64,000 bases of DNA from Flavobacterium sp. (GCA_047636155.1 JBLIJW010000002.1:603-64602), one strand, 5' to 3'. Positions 33,301 through 43,861 are shown, counted from the stretch's first letter. Notes: generated by a model from the sequence alone, not told the origin. Program-made: numbers and translations.

Positions 33301-33716
33301 CAGACGAATACATTAATAGTATTACCGAAAGATTGAATTTATATAATGAATTAAGTTTAATTAAAGATGAAAATACCTTGCTTGCTTACGAGCAAAAACT
33401 AATTGACCGATTTGGCGCCTTGCCAAAACCTGCTGTTTCTTTGCTGAATAGTATTCGGATTAAATGGATGGCAACCAAATTGGGAATTGAGAAAATTATT
33501 CTGAAACAAAATAAGTTTATTTGTTATTTTATTTCTGACCAAAATAGTGATTATTATACATCTAAAAAGTTTCAAAAGGTTCTTACTTTTGTGCAAAAAA
33601 ATCCAGATATGTGCAGATTGAAAGAAAAACAGGCACCAAACGGTTTGCGTTTGTTACTAACTTTTGATAACGTCAAAAGCATTAATAAGGCCTTGGATTT
33701 TATTAAGATGGTATAG
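30360..33716 (+). CDS. mfd: Transcription-repair coupling factor
   Basis: GEFSVRGGIVDVF, CarD-like RID domain (GDYVTHIDHGIG), GDVGFGKTEVA, DEEQ, MAMKDLEIRGAG, TRCF domain. Confidence 0.99.
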   Translation: MSKLAVESIYQKSAKLEALAKQLLQPNSKISCKGLLGSSLSFALKTLFEKTELPFLLLFNDKEEAAFYLNDLENLINDQDVLFYPGSYRRAYQIDDVDNANVLLRAEVLNRINSRKKPAIIVSYAEAIFEKVVTRKELEKNTFKISISDKLAIDFVNEILFEYNFKRVDFVTEPGEFSVRGGIVDVFSFSNDNPYRIEFFGNEVDSIRSFDVETQLSIERLKKISIIPNVENKFFEENRESFLEYISNKSIIFIQNTNNLLEQLDKAFANATDAFEKLSKDIKHAKPEEIFINSQQFLDKVEKLSVTELGYSPLYKNSFRTEFFIKPQPSFNKQFDLLLNNLIENYSDGIKNFLFCSNDNQANRFKEIFEDIDESNSESILKKYKSVVFPLYQGFIDEEAQIACYTDHQIFERYHKFNIKNGYSKKQTITLKELTSLSVGDYVTHIDHGIGRFGGLQKIQVEGKTQEAIKLVYADNDIVYVSIHSLHKISKYNGKDGAPPKIYKLGSGAWKALKNKTKARVKHIAFNLIQLYAKRKLERGFACKPDSYLQKELESSFIYEDTPDQITSTHDVKMDMENDRPMDRLVCGDVGFGKTEVAIRAAFKAVDNGKQVAILVPTTILAYQHYRTFTERLKEMPVTIGYLNRFRTAKEKAETIKELGEGKLDIIIGTHQLVNKKVVFKDLGLLVIDEEQKFGVNVKDKLKTISANVDTLTLTATPIPRTLQFSLMAARDLSVITTPPPNRYPIETNVVGFNEELIRDAISYEIQRNGQVFFINNRIENIKEFAGMIQRLVPDARVGIGHGQLDGKKLEELMLAFMNGEFDVLVATTIIESGLDVPNANTIFINNANNFGLSDLHQMRGRVGRSNKKAFCYFICPPYSAMTDDARKRIQALEQFSELGSGFNIAMKDLEIRGAGDLLGGEQSGFINDIGFDTYQKIMNEAIEELKENEFKDLYEQNTDVETKEYVKDLQFDTDFELLFPDEYINSITERLNLYNELSLIKDENTLLAYEQKLIDRFGALPKPAVSLLNSIRIKWMATKLGIEKIILKQNKFICYFISDQNSDYYTSKKFQKVLTFVQKNPDMCRLKEKQAPNGLRLLLTFDNVKSINKALDFIKMV

Positions 33717-33803
33717 TTACGCTTTCCTAAATGCTGGTTTTTCACCTCCTATTTATTTGATATACGATTCAAATAACTTGAATAAAATGTTACAATTAAT
33801 CGC

Positions 33804-33837
33804 AAAAAAAACGCTTCCTTTTACAGAAGCGTTTTTT
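33804..33837. terminator. Bidirectional terminator
   Basis: AAAAAAAACGCTTC..GAAGCGTTTTTT. Confidence 0.85.
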
Positions 33838-33859
33838 ATATAACCACCCTTTTTCATTT

Positions 33860-35362
33860 CTAGAATCCTAGACCAACAGTCATTGCCGTTGCCTGAATAG
33901 CTACATCCGATACTTTTGTTGTAGCACCAGTTGCCAAATTAATCGTGTAAACAGAAGTTATATTATTTACTTTTAGTAAAGCAAAAGCAACTGCACTGCT
34001 TCCTCCAATGTCAAAACCACTATCGGCATCTACATCAATTCCTAAAGAACCAATAGAAACTAAAGTTCCCATATTTGGCGGATCTTGACGGAATAAAGTA
34101 TTTGTTTGTGAATCAATTACAAAAAGAGTAGTTGCAGTTGCACCAGCAACACTGTTTGTATAAGCCGCCGCACTAACAAATGGAGTTCCCGGATTCAAAT
34201 TTCCATCCGTTGCAACCACAGTTCCTAAATCTGGATGTAATCGTAAATTTTGTCCTGTATTACTAACTAAACGAATTCTATCTACAGTAGGATTAAAATC
34301 GAATCCAAAAGAAGTTCCTGATAAAGTTGGAAACAAAGTTGTTCCTACTACTGCCATTGCAACGCTTGCTGTATTTAAAGTAAATAATCTGCTTTGATTT
34401 GAAATTGCATATAAACCACCATTTGCTGGTCTAAAATCTAAACCTACTACCGTTTCGTTAGCAGCTAATCCTGTTAAAGCAACTGAATTATTAGTTCCAT
34501 TTGTAGGATTAAAACGAACCAACATGTTTCCTGCTGTTGTAGCATAAGCAATTGGATTTGTTTTTAAAGCAATACTAACAACATTTGCAGAAAAAGTACC
34601 TACATTAATTGCTTTACCTGTTGCTAAATCAATAGTAAATAAATTAGAAACATTATTATTGCTAGTAACTGCTAAAATATCCATGTCGCCTTGACCCTAA
34701 AAATCAACCGTTAAACTTCCAACTTCTTGCAAACCACCATCGTTTGGAGGAGTTTGCAAATATAATTTATCTGTTTCAAAATCAATATCGTATAATTGTG
34801 TAGTTGTTGCACCTGCAAAACTGTTTGTTTAAGCAACTGCTCCGATTTTTGGATTTGTTCCTCCATTAATACTTCCATCCGTTGCAACTACAGTTCCTAA
34901 TTCAGGGTGTAAACGAAGATTTTGACCAGATTCTGTTACTAAACGAATTCTGTCTACGGTAGGATTAAAATCTAAAGAAACATTAGCTCCAGCAATAATT
35001 GGAGAAAAAGAGGCAGATCCAAGTGGAGTTGCAACGCCACTTTGTTCGTTTATAAAATAAACTCTACTTGACGATCCAACAGCATATAATTGTCCGGTTG
35101 CTGGTCTGTAATCAATACTAACAATTTGCTCAGAAGCAGGTAAGCCAACAATTGCAGTTGTGCTTGTAGCAGCGTTTAAATTTCTTGCGTTGTACGTTGC
35201 AATTGTATTATTACTTACTAAAGTTATAAAGTTAACATCTGGTGCAACAATTGCATTCCCATTTCCAGGGTTATCTTCTTCGTTACAAGAAATCGTTGCT
35301 GTTGCTAAAATTGCCAACCCTAATATGGAGGCAAGACTTAAATTAATTTTGTTTTTTTTCAT
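33860..35362 (-). pseudogene. Lipoprotein with two DUF4394-like domains, interrupted by two in-frame stops
   Basis: ORFs 35362-34829 and 34684-33860 are in the same frame. The gap reads AVA*TNSFAGATTTQLYDIDF..VDF*GQGDM (TAA at 34829-34831, TAG at 34697-34699). DFNPTVDRIRLV..GQNLRLHP is repeated twice. Confidence 0.9.
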
Positions 35363-35461
35363 TATTTCAGTTTTTTTGTTATTTTAATATTTTGTTGTTT
35401 AACATGTACGTAAATATTATTTTTTCATTTTTACTTAATGTTATAGAATTGCAATTAAAAC

Positions 35462-35493
35462 AAAATCCGCAACCTCAGACGATTACGGATTTT
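35462..35493 (-). terminator. Probable terminator
   Basis: AAAATCCG..CGGATTTT stem. Confidence 0.5.
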
Positions 35494-35512
35494 CAGTATT
35501 ATTTAAAATTTA

Positions 35513-37672
35513 TTATTTTTTTAAAATTTTAAAATGAACTTGTCTGTCGTTTATAATTAATTTAAAAAAATAAGTTCCTTTTGCAAACGAGCTAATGTCT
35601 AGCGAATTTAAATTCGATTTAGATTCGTATAATAATTGGCCTGTGATATTATAAACGCTAACTTCTGAAATTGTTCCGTTTGCTGTAAAAGTTACAATTC
35701 CGTTTTTTGGATTTGGATAGTAACTGAAATCTATAACAGAATTACCAGCAACTCCTAAATTTGTCGTACAACTTGTAGTAGCAATATACCCAGAATCTAC
35801 AACACCTTGATCCGAAAAAAATCGCATAATTAATGAACCATCAGTTGCTGCAGAAACAAAAGGACCAGAAATTGCATTTCCGGTTGAACCTCCCGGATTT
35901 AACAATGGTGCTGCCGTAGAATTTCCGTTATGTATGTAAAGATAATCGTAATCCACTTCAAGTAAAAAAGCTGAAAAAGTCAAATTTATAACCTGACTTG
36001 CATTTTGCGGAATTAAAACTCTAACAATGTCTTGCTGGTTCTCATAATTACCTGTTATTCCGCCAGTATCTACTAAAGTTGCATTGCTACAATAATTAGT
36101 TTGTGTTAAAAGTATTTTTTTTCTTGTTGGAGAAACCAATCCGTTGCTGCAATTAGGACCAACTTCAATTACATAATAGGTGTTTGGAAGTAATCCGGTT
36201 GCAGAAAAATTTGGAGACTTAACAGTAATTGAATTTCCTATTGCTCTGTTAAATGGATAAAAATGAACCTTCCAAGAAGCTGTAGAACTAGCATCTATCC
36301 GTGAAAAATTGATACTCGTAGTTGTTTCATTTGCAATATCTATTCTCGAAACGGTATTGATGCACGTATTTATACAGTCTGTACTTAAACAAATTCCGTT
36401 ATTGATTCGGTTTAAAATAACTGCAGTTGGCTGCGGACCAAAACCATTATTAAAGTTGATTCCGACTCCAGAAATTAAATGACAATAACTCATAATTGTT
36501 CCTTTAACCGTAGTACTCGGAATCGGACCTTGAGCACAAGTTCCTTCAGCATTTCTAGATTGTTGTCCGCAACCATCAATTGGCGTATTGTTTCCGTTCC
36601 AAGCGCAAGCATGTGTATGTATTGAACCAAGTAAATGATCAAATTCATGTGCAATTACAAAAATAATGAAAGAATAAGTTGGCACCGTGTTATAAGAAAA
36701 GCCAATATCTAATAGTAGAAATTTTGAGAAGAACAAACGCCATTAATTCCAACTGCAACTCCGCCTAAACCTCCTGGATCGATACCAATTAATTGACCCA
36801 TATCGCCATCAAAAACCGGACGAAAATTATTAAATTGAAACAAATAATCAGTAGATGAAGTACAAGAATATGGATCTAAAGTTGTCCAAATAAATAGCGA
36901 TTTTAAAGAACAAGTAATGCCATCGTTGCTATACAAGGTTTGTAAGTTATTAAAAACCGCCGTCATCCAATTTGTTGTTGTTGTAATATTACTATTATTT
37001 GCCTGATACAAGGCATAATCCATCTCAAAATACATGGTTACACATCGTGCAGATGCATTATTTTTATTAGTTTCTTGGTCTTTTATAATTGGACCGTCAG
37101 AATCTTTAAAACTGCAGTTTACATCTAGCGCAGCTTTAAAATCTTGATCAGAATAAACGATTTAATCGGTTAGATTGTTTTTTTTATCTAATTTTCCTAC
37201 CACAATATTTCCAATGTTAGATGCCGAAATCACTACTGGAAATTCATTTCTAAAAAAACCAAACGAATCAACCGATGTGTAGTCGTTATTGACTATACCA
37301 CGATAGTAAACGCCTTTTTCATAATTATTGTTTTAGCTTTTATCTGTATCTATATGAAAACCATTCGCAAAAATATCATATTGAAATAATTTGATATCTA
37401 AAATCTGGTTGTTGAACGGAATTTGAAGATTAATAAATTGTTTTTTTTGGGTAAAAAGAATTTCTATTTATTGCTATCCAGGTTTGCTAAAGTAGCATTG
37501 CTTAGCGTTTTGCAACATTCTTATCTGTTGTGGTACTTGGATTATTTAAAACAGAAACCGGCGCAAATTGCACTTGATTTCTTTCTAAATCTTGTATTTT
37601 TTTTGCAATGTAATTTTGAGAAAAAATCGTTCCAAAAAGAAATAAAAGAATAAAAGTAAAGTTACATTTCAT
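35513..37672 (-). pseudogene. Degraded T9SS-secreted M12/reprolysin-like zinc protease with FN3-like and CUB domains
   Basis: HEFDHLLGSIH (HExxHxxGxxH); CUB-like LEVDYDYLYIHNG; CTD YYPNP..GTYFFK. Frameshift near 36720, in-frame TAA at 37162-37164 and further disruptions up to the ATG at 37672 (MKCNFTFILLFLFG). Confidence 0.88.
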
Positions 37673-37690
37673 GACGCAATTATTAGAGTG

Positions 37691-38047
37691 TTAAAAATAA
37701 TAAAAAGCATCTTCAATATGCTCTATATTCCAAGCTGGTTTTTGTGTAATTGCAATTATATCAAAACGAATCGTATGATTTACATCATGCAATTGCACAT
37801 ATTCATTTACGGCTTTAACTAGATTTTGGATTTTAGTTTCTTTAACAAAATCTTGCGGCGTACCAAAATCGGCTGTTGTTCGTGTTTTTACCTCAACAAT
37901 TACTAAAACGGCACCTTTCTCTGCAATTATATCGATTTCTGCTTTTTGAAAAACCCAATTCTTTTCCAGGATAGTATATCCGTTTTTTTGTAAAAAATCA
38001 ACTGCCATTTCTTCGCCAAGTTTGCCTAAGTCGTTATGTTCTGCCAT
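37691..38047 (-). CDS. YraN family (UPF0102) endonuclease-like protein
   Basis: HNDLGKLGEEMA, AEIDIIA, IVEVKTR, RFDII. Confidence 0.95.
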   Translation of the reverse strand: MAEHNDLGKLGEEMAVDFLQKNGYTILEKNWVFQKAEIDIIAEKGAVLVIVEVKTRTTADFGTPQDFVKETKIQNLVKAVNEYVQLHDVNHTIRFDIIAITQKPAWNIEHIEDAFYYF

Positions 38048-38078
38048 GTTATTGCGAGTTTACGAAACAATCCTTTTT

Positions 38079-39041
38079 CTACTCAAAAACCACTTTACTT
38101 TCGGTTGCAGTAACTTCCATTTGAACCTGTTTCCCTATAATTAAAGCTCGATTATCTGATAGATGTCCGGCAGGAAAACTATAAATTATCGGAATATTAT
38201 ATTTCTGAGTCAATTCCTGAATGATTTCGTTTGCATCTTTTCCCCACGGAATGTCGTTATCTTTCATTTTTGTCATTCCGCCAACAATAATTCCTTTCAA
38301 CCTTTCTAAACAACCGTTGCGTTTAAGGTTTATCAACATTCGATCTATGTGGTATAAATATTCATCTAGATCTTCTAAAAATAAAATTTTATCAGTACAA
38401 TCAATTGCAGATGGCGAACCCAATAAACTATAAAGTATAGATAAATTTCCGCCAACTAATTCGCCTTTTGCAGAACCTAGTTTATTCTTTTTATCTGTGG
38501 GAATATTGTACTCTAAGTTTTCACCAAACAAACTTTTTCGCAACGTTTCTTTTGCCTCTGCAGATGCTTTGCTACTAACTGGCATAATTCCGTGAATGGA
38601 TGCAAAACCCATGGTGTTTAAATGGCTGTGTAAGACAGTTACATCGCTAAAACCAATTATCCATTTGGAATTTTGTTTGAATTTTGTAAAATCTAGCAAA
38701 TCTACCATTCTAACGGTTCCATAACCGCCGCGAACGCACCAAATTGCTTTAACATTGGGATTGTCTAATTGGGCTTGAAAATCGGCTGCACGTTGTTGGT
38801 CTGTTCCTGCTAATTGGTGGTATTCTAATCCGATAGAATTTCCTACAACAACTTCTAAACCCCAAGATTTCAACCAAGAAATGGCTGGCTTTAAGTTATC
38901 GTCGATGTTTTTTCGAGCCGTTGCTACAATTGCAATGGTATCGCCTTTTTGTAAATAAGGTGGAATTGTCATTTTTTTTTGTGCTTGTAAATTAGTAGTA
39001 AAATATAAGAAAAAAAGTGAGAAAAGTGTTATTCTATTCAT
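38079..39041 (-). CDS. LD-carboxypeptidase (S66)
   Basis: RGGYG, GFSDVT (Ser), GGNLS, EDLDE (Glu), AGH (His). The start may be 39041 (signal-like) or 38970. Confidence 0.95.
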   Translation of the reverse strand: MNRITLFSLFFLYFTTNLQAQKKMTIPPYLQKGDTIAIVATARKNIDDNLKPAISWLKSWGLEVVVGNSIGLEYHQLAGTDQQRAADFQAQLDNPNVKAIWCVRGGYGTVRMVDLLDFTKFKQNSKWIIGFSDVTVLHSHLNTMGFASIHGIMPVSSKASAEAKETLRKSLFGENLEYNIPTDKKNKLGSAKGELVGGNLSILYSLLGSPSAIDCTDKILFLEDLDEYLYHIDRMLINLKRNGCLERLKGIIVGGMTKMKDNDIPWGKDANEIIQELTQKYNIPIIYSFPAGHLSDNRALIIGKQVQMEVTATESKVVFE

Positions 39042-39097
39042 TGGGATAAACATATAGGCAAATATAATAAAAATGTTGTTTTGAAACCGACATAAAC

Positions 39098-39172
39098 TAG
39101 CCCAGACAGAAACGGCATTCTTTGCTTGCCTTCTTTTGGCAAATAAAGATATAGTGAATGGCTGGAAATAGC
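39098..39172. repeat. Structured intergenic repeat, copy C (inverted relative to A and B)
   Basis: TAGCCCAGACAGAAACGGCATTCTTT-TGC..GCAAATAAAGATATAGTGAATGGCTGGAAATAGC; its reverse complement aligns with the ends of copy A. Confidence 0.6.
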
Positions 39173-39238
39173 TTCTAATAATATTGCTAAACTCTCAATT
39201 CTATTGCTTATTTTTGCATTTTATATACCAAAATTACA

Positions 39239-41296
39239 ATGATACAAAATCCGAAAAGATATACAATTACTGCGGCTTTGCCTTACACCAACGGACCAAT
39301 TCATATTGGCCATTTGGCGGGAGTTTATGTTCCTGCAGATATTTATGCCCGTTACCTGCGTTTGCAAGGAAAAGACGTTGCATTTATGTGCGGAAGCGAC
39401 GAACACGGCGTTGCAATTAGCATGAAAGCTAGTAAAGAAGGGGTTTCTCCTCAAGAAATTATTGATAAATACGACGGAATAATTAGACAATCGTTTTTAG
39501 GCTTTGGGATTTCATTTGATAATTATTCTCGAACTTCTGCTAAAATTCACCACGATACCGCGCAAGAATTTTTTAAAAAATTATATGAGCAAAATGATTT
39601 TATTGAAGAAGTAACCGATCAATTGTACGACGAAAAGGCAAACCAATTTTTGGCAGATCGTTTTGTGGTTGGAACTTGCCCAAAGTGCGGAAATGAAGAA
39701 GCTTATGGCGATCAGTGTGAAAAATGCGGATCGACCTTAAATGCGACCGATTTGATTAACCCGAAATCGACCATAACGGGCGAAACTCCAGTAATGAAAT
39801 CAACAAAACATTGGTTTTTACCTTTGGATAGATACCAAGATTTCTTGCAAAAATGGATTTTAGAAGACCATGCAAAAGATTGGAAAACGAATGTTTTAGG
39901 ACAAGTAAAATCGTGGTTAGACGATGGTTTAAAACCTCGTGCAGTTACCCGCGATTTAGATTGGGGAATTGACGTACCAGTTGCCGGCGCAGATGGAAAA
40001 AAATTATACGTTTGGTTTGATGCACCAATTGGATATATTTCTGCAACCAAAGAATGGGCTGCTAGAGAAAATAAAAATTGGGAAGATTATTGGAAAAAGG
40101 ACGACACTAAATTGGTTCATTTTATAGGAAAAGACAATATTGTTTTTCATTGCATTATTTTCCCGGCGATGCTAAAAGCCGAAGGAAGTTATATTTTACC
40201 AGACAACGTTCCTGCAAACGAATTTTTAAATTTAGAAGGAAACAAACTTTCTACCTCTAAAAATTGGGCAGTTTGGTTGCACGAGTATTTACAAGATTTT
40301 CCAGACAAGCAAGACGTTTTGCGATATGCCCTAACATCTAATGCACCAGAAACAAAAGATAATGATTTTACTTGGAAAGAATTTCAGGCAAGAAATAACA
40401 ACGAATTAGCAGCTATTTTTGGAAATTTCATTAATCGCGTGGTAGTTTTAACCAACAAATATTATGATGGAAAAGTACCCACTCCAAACGAATTTTCTGA
40501 ATTTGATTTTAAAACTTTAAACGAATTAAAAGCGTATCCAGCAGTAATTTCTAGTTCTATTGAACGCTACAGATTTAGAGAAGCGCAAGGCGAAATGATG
40601 AATGTTGCGCGTTTAGGAAACAAATACTTAGCAGACGAAGAACCTTGGAAAATGGTTAAAACTGATGCCGAACGCGTAAAAACCCAAATGTATGTTGCAC
40701 TACAAATTGCTGCAGCTTTACAAATTTTATGCGAGCCATTTTTGCCTTTTACGTCTGCAAAATTAGGAAACATGTTGCAAAATTGTAGCTTAACTTGGAC
40801 TGATGTTTCTGAAGGAAAAGAGTTAGTACCTAAAAATCACACCATTGGTTCAGCCGAAATACTATTCGCTCAAATTGAAGATGCCGAAATTACCAAACAA
40901 ATTGAAAAATTAGAAGCTACTAAAAAAGCCAATATTATGGAAAATGCAAAACCAGAACCTCAAAAAGAAACCAGCACATTTGATGATTTTTCTAAATTAG
41001 ATATTCGTGTCGGAACCATTTTAGAAGCAGAAAAAATGCCAAAAGCCAACAAACTTTTAGTTTTAAAAGTAGATACCGGTTTGGATGTTATAACCATAGT
41101 TTCTGGAATTGCAGAACATTTTTCACCAGAAGAAGTTGTAGGAAAACGAGTTACCGTTTTAATTAATTTAGCGCCAAGAGCTTTGCGCGGAGTAGAAAGT
41201 CAAGGAATGATTTTAATGACAAACAATGCAGAAGGTAAATTGGTTTTTGTAAATCCAGATACAGAAGGTGTTTTAAATGGCGCTTTGATTTCTTAG
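39239..41296 (+). CDS. metG: Methionine-tRNA ligase with C-terminal tRNA-binding domain
   Basis: [13 protein letters not shown] (HIGH), Zn knuckle CPKC..CEKC, KLSTS (KMSKS-like), C-terminal OB domain. Confidence 0.99.
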   Translation: MIQNPKRYTITAALPYTNGPIHIGHLAGVYVPADIYARYLRLQGKDVAFMCGSDEHGVAISMKASKEGVSPQEIIDKYDGIIRQSFLGFGISFDNYSRTSAKIHHDTAQEFFKKLYEQNDFIEEVTDQLYDEKANQFLADRFVVGTCPKCGNEEAYGDQCEKCGSTLNATDLINPKSTITGETPVMKSTKHWFLPLDRYQDFLQKWILEDHAKDWKTNVLGQVKSWLDDGLKPRAVTRDLDWGIDVPVAGADGKKLYVWFDAPIGYISATKEWAARENKNWEDYWKKDDTKLVHFIGKDNIVFHCIIFPAMLKAEGSYILPDNVPANEFLNLEGNKLSTSKNWAVWLHEYLQDFPDKQDVLRYALTSNAPETKDNDFTWKEFQARNNNELAAIFGNFINRVVVLTNKYYDGKVPTPNEFSEFDFKTLNELKAYPAVISSSIERYRFREAQGEMMNVARLGNKYLADEEPWKMVKTDAERVKTQMYVALQIAAALQILCEPFLPFTSAKLGNMLQNCSLTWTDVSEGKELVPKNHTIGSAEILFAQIEDAEITKQIEKLEATKKANIMENAKPEPQKETSTFDDFSKLDIRVGTILEAEKMPKANKLLVLKVDTGLDVITIVSGIAEHFSPEEVVGKRVTVLINLAPRALRGVESQGMILMTNNAEGKLVFVNPDTEGVLNGALIS

Positions 41297-41318
41297 CAAA
41301 TAAGGATGATACAATACG

Positions 41319-41621
41319 GTAAAGACGTTGCATCGCAACGATTACAAGGTTAAAATCGAAAACATTCAATCATTGCAATGTAGCGATTTTACAAAGACGT
41401 ATTGCTTTTTGGAAAAATTGCCAAAATCTGGATCGATATCAACAATTATTCGTTCTTATAAATGCATCGTTTCACAACATTCTCGAAATACAGATGCCAG
41501 TTTTAATTGGCAATTAAAATTTAATGATTATTTTATTCGAAATTTAGAATCATTTTAAAAAATTCAAAATTATATAGAAAACAATGTTAAAAATTGGAAA
41601 GACGATACATTTTACTACTAA
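41319..41621 (+). mobile_element. Remnant of a REP-associated tyrosine transposase (RAYT/IS200-like), C-terminal fragment with degenerate REP-like palindromes
   Basis: PKSGSISTIIRSYK..FNWQLKFNDYFIRNLESF*KIQNYIENNVKNWKDD resembles RAYT C-termini (WQ..F.D..IR..YI..N..W). It is preceded by GTAAAGACGTTGCATCGCAACGATTAC. No HUH motif or start is present. Confidence 0.75.
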
Positions 41622-41624
41622 ACC

Positions 41625-42308
41625 ATGAACCCAAAAATAATTGCATTTGATGCAGACGATACACTTTGGCACAACGAACCATATTTTGACGAAGCGCAAG
41701 AAAAGTTCTACCAACTTTTTAAAGGAATTTCCAGCAAACAAGAAATTTTAGATTTGATTTTAAAATATCAAATTAACAATTTACCATTGTACGGATTCGG
41801 AATAAAAGCATTTGTACTTTCAATGATGGATGCTGGTTTAGAATTAACCAACTTACAATTAACTGGAAACGAAACCCAAAACATAATAACTATTGGTCGC
41901 GAATTACTGCAAAAACCAGTCGAATTATTACCAGAAGTAGAACATGTTTTGCGAGAATTAAAAGGGAAATACAAGTTAGTTGTTGCTACTAAAGGCGATT
42001 TAAAAGACCAACATCGCAAACTTCATGATTCTGGAATTGGACACTATTTTCATCATATTGAAGTAATGAGCGACAAAAAAGAAATCGACTATTCTAAAAT
42101 GCTTTCTCGCTTAGATATTCTGCCAGAAGACTTTACAATGATAGGAAATTCACTAAAATCAGATGTTTTGCCAATTTTAAATATTGGCGGTCACGGCTAC
42201 CATATTCCGTATGCAACCACTTGGGAATATGAAAAAATTGATTTTGAAATTGAACACCCTAAATTTAAGTCGCTTTCTAATATTGCAGATGTTTTAAAAG
42301 AACTATAA
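41625..42308 (+). CDS. HAD-superfamily hydrolase
   Basis: Motif I FDADDTLW, ATKGD, MIGNSLKSD. Confidence 0.93.
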   Translation: MNPKIIAFDADDTLWHNEPYFDEAQEKFYQLFKGISSKQEILDLILKYQINNLPLYGFGIKAFVLSMMDAGLELTNLQLTGNETQNIITIGRELLQKPVELLPEVEHVLRELKGKYKLVVATKGDLKDQHRKLHDSGIGHYFHHIEVMSDKKEIDYSKMLSRLDILPEDFTMIGNSLKSDVLPILNIGGHGYHIPYATTWEYEKIDFEIEHPKFKSLSNIADVLKEL

Positions 42309-42334
42309 AACGTATTGCGAAATAGTAAAAAAAA

Positions 42335-42952
42335 ATGAAAGAATATTTAGATATTGAAACCTGGAACAGAAAAGAACATTTTGCCTTTTTTAGCAAAATG
42401 GAAGAGCCTTTTTTTGGCGTAACCTCTATTGTTGATTGTACCAATTCTTACCAAAAAGCAAAGTTTTTAGGTATTTCTTTTTTTATCTATTATTTACACA
42501 AAACCTTACAAGCAGTTAATGCGATAGAAAATTTTAGATATCGAATTGAAGACGATAAAATAGCAATTTACAATCATATTGATGCATCGGCAACCATAAT
42601 GCGAGAAGATAAAACATTTGGGTTTTCTTATATAAAATTTGCAGAAAGCGAATCAGATTTTGATGCAATTGCTACCTCAGAAATAAATCGAATTCAAAAA
42701 ACTACAGGATTATTTACAACAGATTATCCAGAAAATTTGATTCATTTTTCGGCTTTGCCTTGGGTAAATTTTACGTCACTTTCCCACGCTCGAAGTTTTA
42801 CTTGGCCAGATAGTTGTCCTAAAATTTCATTTGGGAAATTATACAAAGAAAATGGCGCAAAAAAAATGGCAATTTCTATTCACGCACATCATGGTTTGAT
42901 GGATGGCTATCATGTAGGATTGTTTTTAGAAGAATTGCAAAAATTGCTTTAA
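42335..42952 (+). CDS. CatA-like O-acetyltransferase (chloramphenicol acetyltransferase family)
   Basis: WNRKEHFAFF, FSALPW, HAHHGLMDGYH (catalytic His and Asp). Confidence 0.9.
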   Translation: MKEYLDIETWNRKEHFAFFSKMEEPFFGVTSIVDCTNSYQKAKFLGISFFIYYLHKTLQAVNAIENFRYRIEDDKIAIYNHIDASATIMREDKTFGFSYIKFAESESDFDAIATSEINRIQKTTGLFTTDYPENLIHFSALPWVNFTSLSHARSFTWPDSCPKISFGKLYKENGAKKMAISIHAHHGLMDGYHVGLFLEELQKLL

Positions 42953-42961
42953 TTTAAGCCT

Positions 42962-43861
42962 ATGTTTCCTATTGCATTCCATCCAATTTATAAACATCCG
43001 TTGCCGCAAGGTCATCGTTTTCCTATGGAAAAATACGATTTGCTTCCGCAACAATTATTACACGAAGGAACAGCAAATAAATCCGATTTTTTTGAACCCG
43101 ATGTTTGCCCAATCGACTTAGTTTTAAAAATTCATACCCAAGATTATGTAAGTGATTTGCTGAATTTAACTTTAAATCCGAAAGCAGCCAGAAAAGTTGG
43201 TTTTCCGCTTTCTGCAGAATTAGTAGAACGCGAATTACGAATTGCAAACGGAACCATTATTGGTTGTCAAAAAGCATACGAAACCAAAGTTGCATTTAAC
43301 ATTGCTGGCGGAACGCATCATGCGTATTCCAATCATGGAGAAGCGTTTTGTTTACTTAACGATCAAGCCATAGCATCACAATTTTTATTGGATAAAAAAC
43401 TTGCGAAAAAAATTTTAATAATTGATTTAGACGTACACCAAGGCAACGGAACTGCAGAAATTTTTAAACACAATCCAAATGTTTTTACATTTTCTACACA
43501 CGGAAAAACCAATTATCCGTTTAAAAAAGAACAATCTGATTTGGATATCGCTTTCGCGGATAATACCACAGATTCTCAATTTTTATCAATAATCGAAAAA
43601 CAAGTTCCGTTATTAATTGAACAGCAAAAACCCGATTTTATTTTTTATTTAGCTGGTGTAGATATTCTAAAAACCGATAAATTGGGAAAATTAGATTGCA
43701 CTTTAGATGGTTGCAAAAAACGCGATGCTATTGTATTTGAGAATTGTTTGAAATACCAAATTCCAGTTCAAGTAAGTATGGGCGGCGGATATTCGCCAGA
43801 AATAAAAACAATTATTGAAGCTCATGCAAATACCTATCGAATTGCTAAAGATATTTTTTAG
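42962..43861 (+). CDS. Histone deacetylase family (Zn-dependent) protein
   Basis: HRFPMEKY, GGTHHA, GFC-like AFCLLND, DLDVHQGNG, GVD, GGGY. Confidence 0.95.
   Translation: MFPIAFHPIYKHPLPQGHRFPMEKYDLLPQQLLHEGTANKSDFFEPDVCPIDLVLKIHTQDYVSDLLNLTLNPKAARKVGFPLSAELVERELRIANGTIIGCQKAYETKVAFNIAGGTHHAYSNHGEAFCLLNDQAIASQFLLDKKLAKKILIIDLDVHQGNGTAEIFKHNPNVFTFSTHGKTNYPFKKEQSDLDIAFADNTTDSQFLSIIEKQVPLLIEQQKPDFIFYLAGVDILKTDKLGKLDCTLDGCKKRDAIVFENCLKYQIPVQVSMGGGYSPEIKTIIEAHANTYRIAKDIF

Noticed and set aside
37691-38047. YraN nuclease-fold gene as part of a defence island
   Set aside because: YraN is a near-universal conserved gene, and its neighbours (LD-carboxypeptidase, metG) are housekeeping.
42335-42952. 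Acquired chloramphenicol-resistance cassette
   Set aside because: No integron, IS or attC context, and the gene is embedded in a chromosomal operon with host-like composition.
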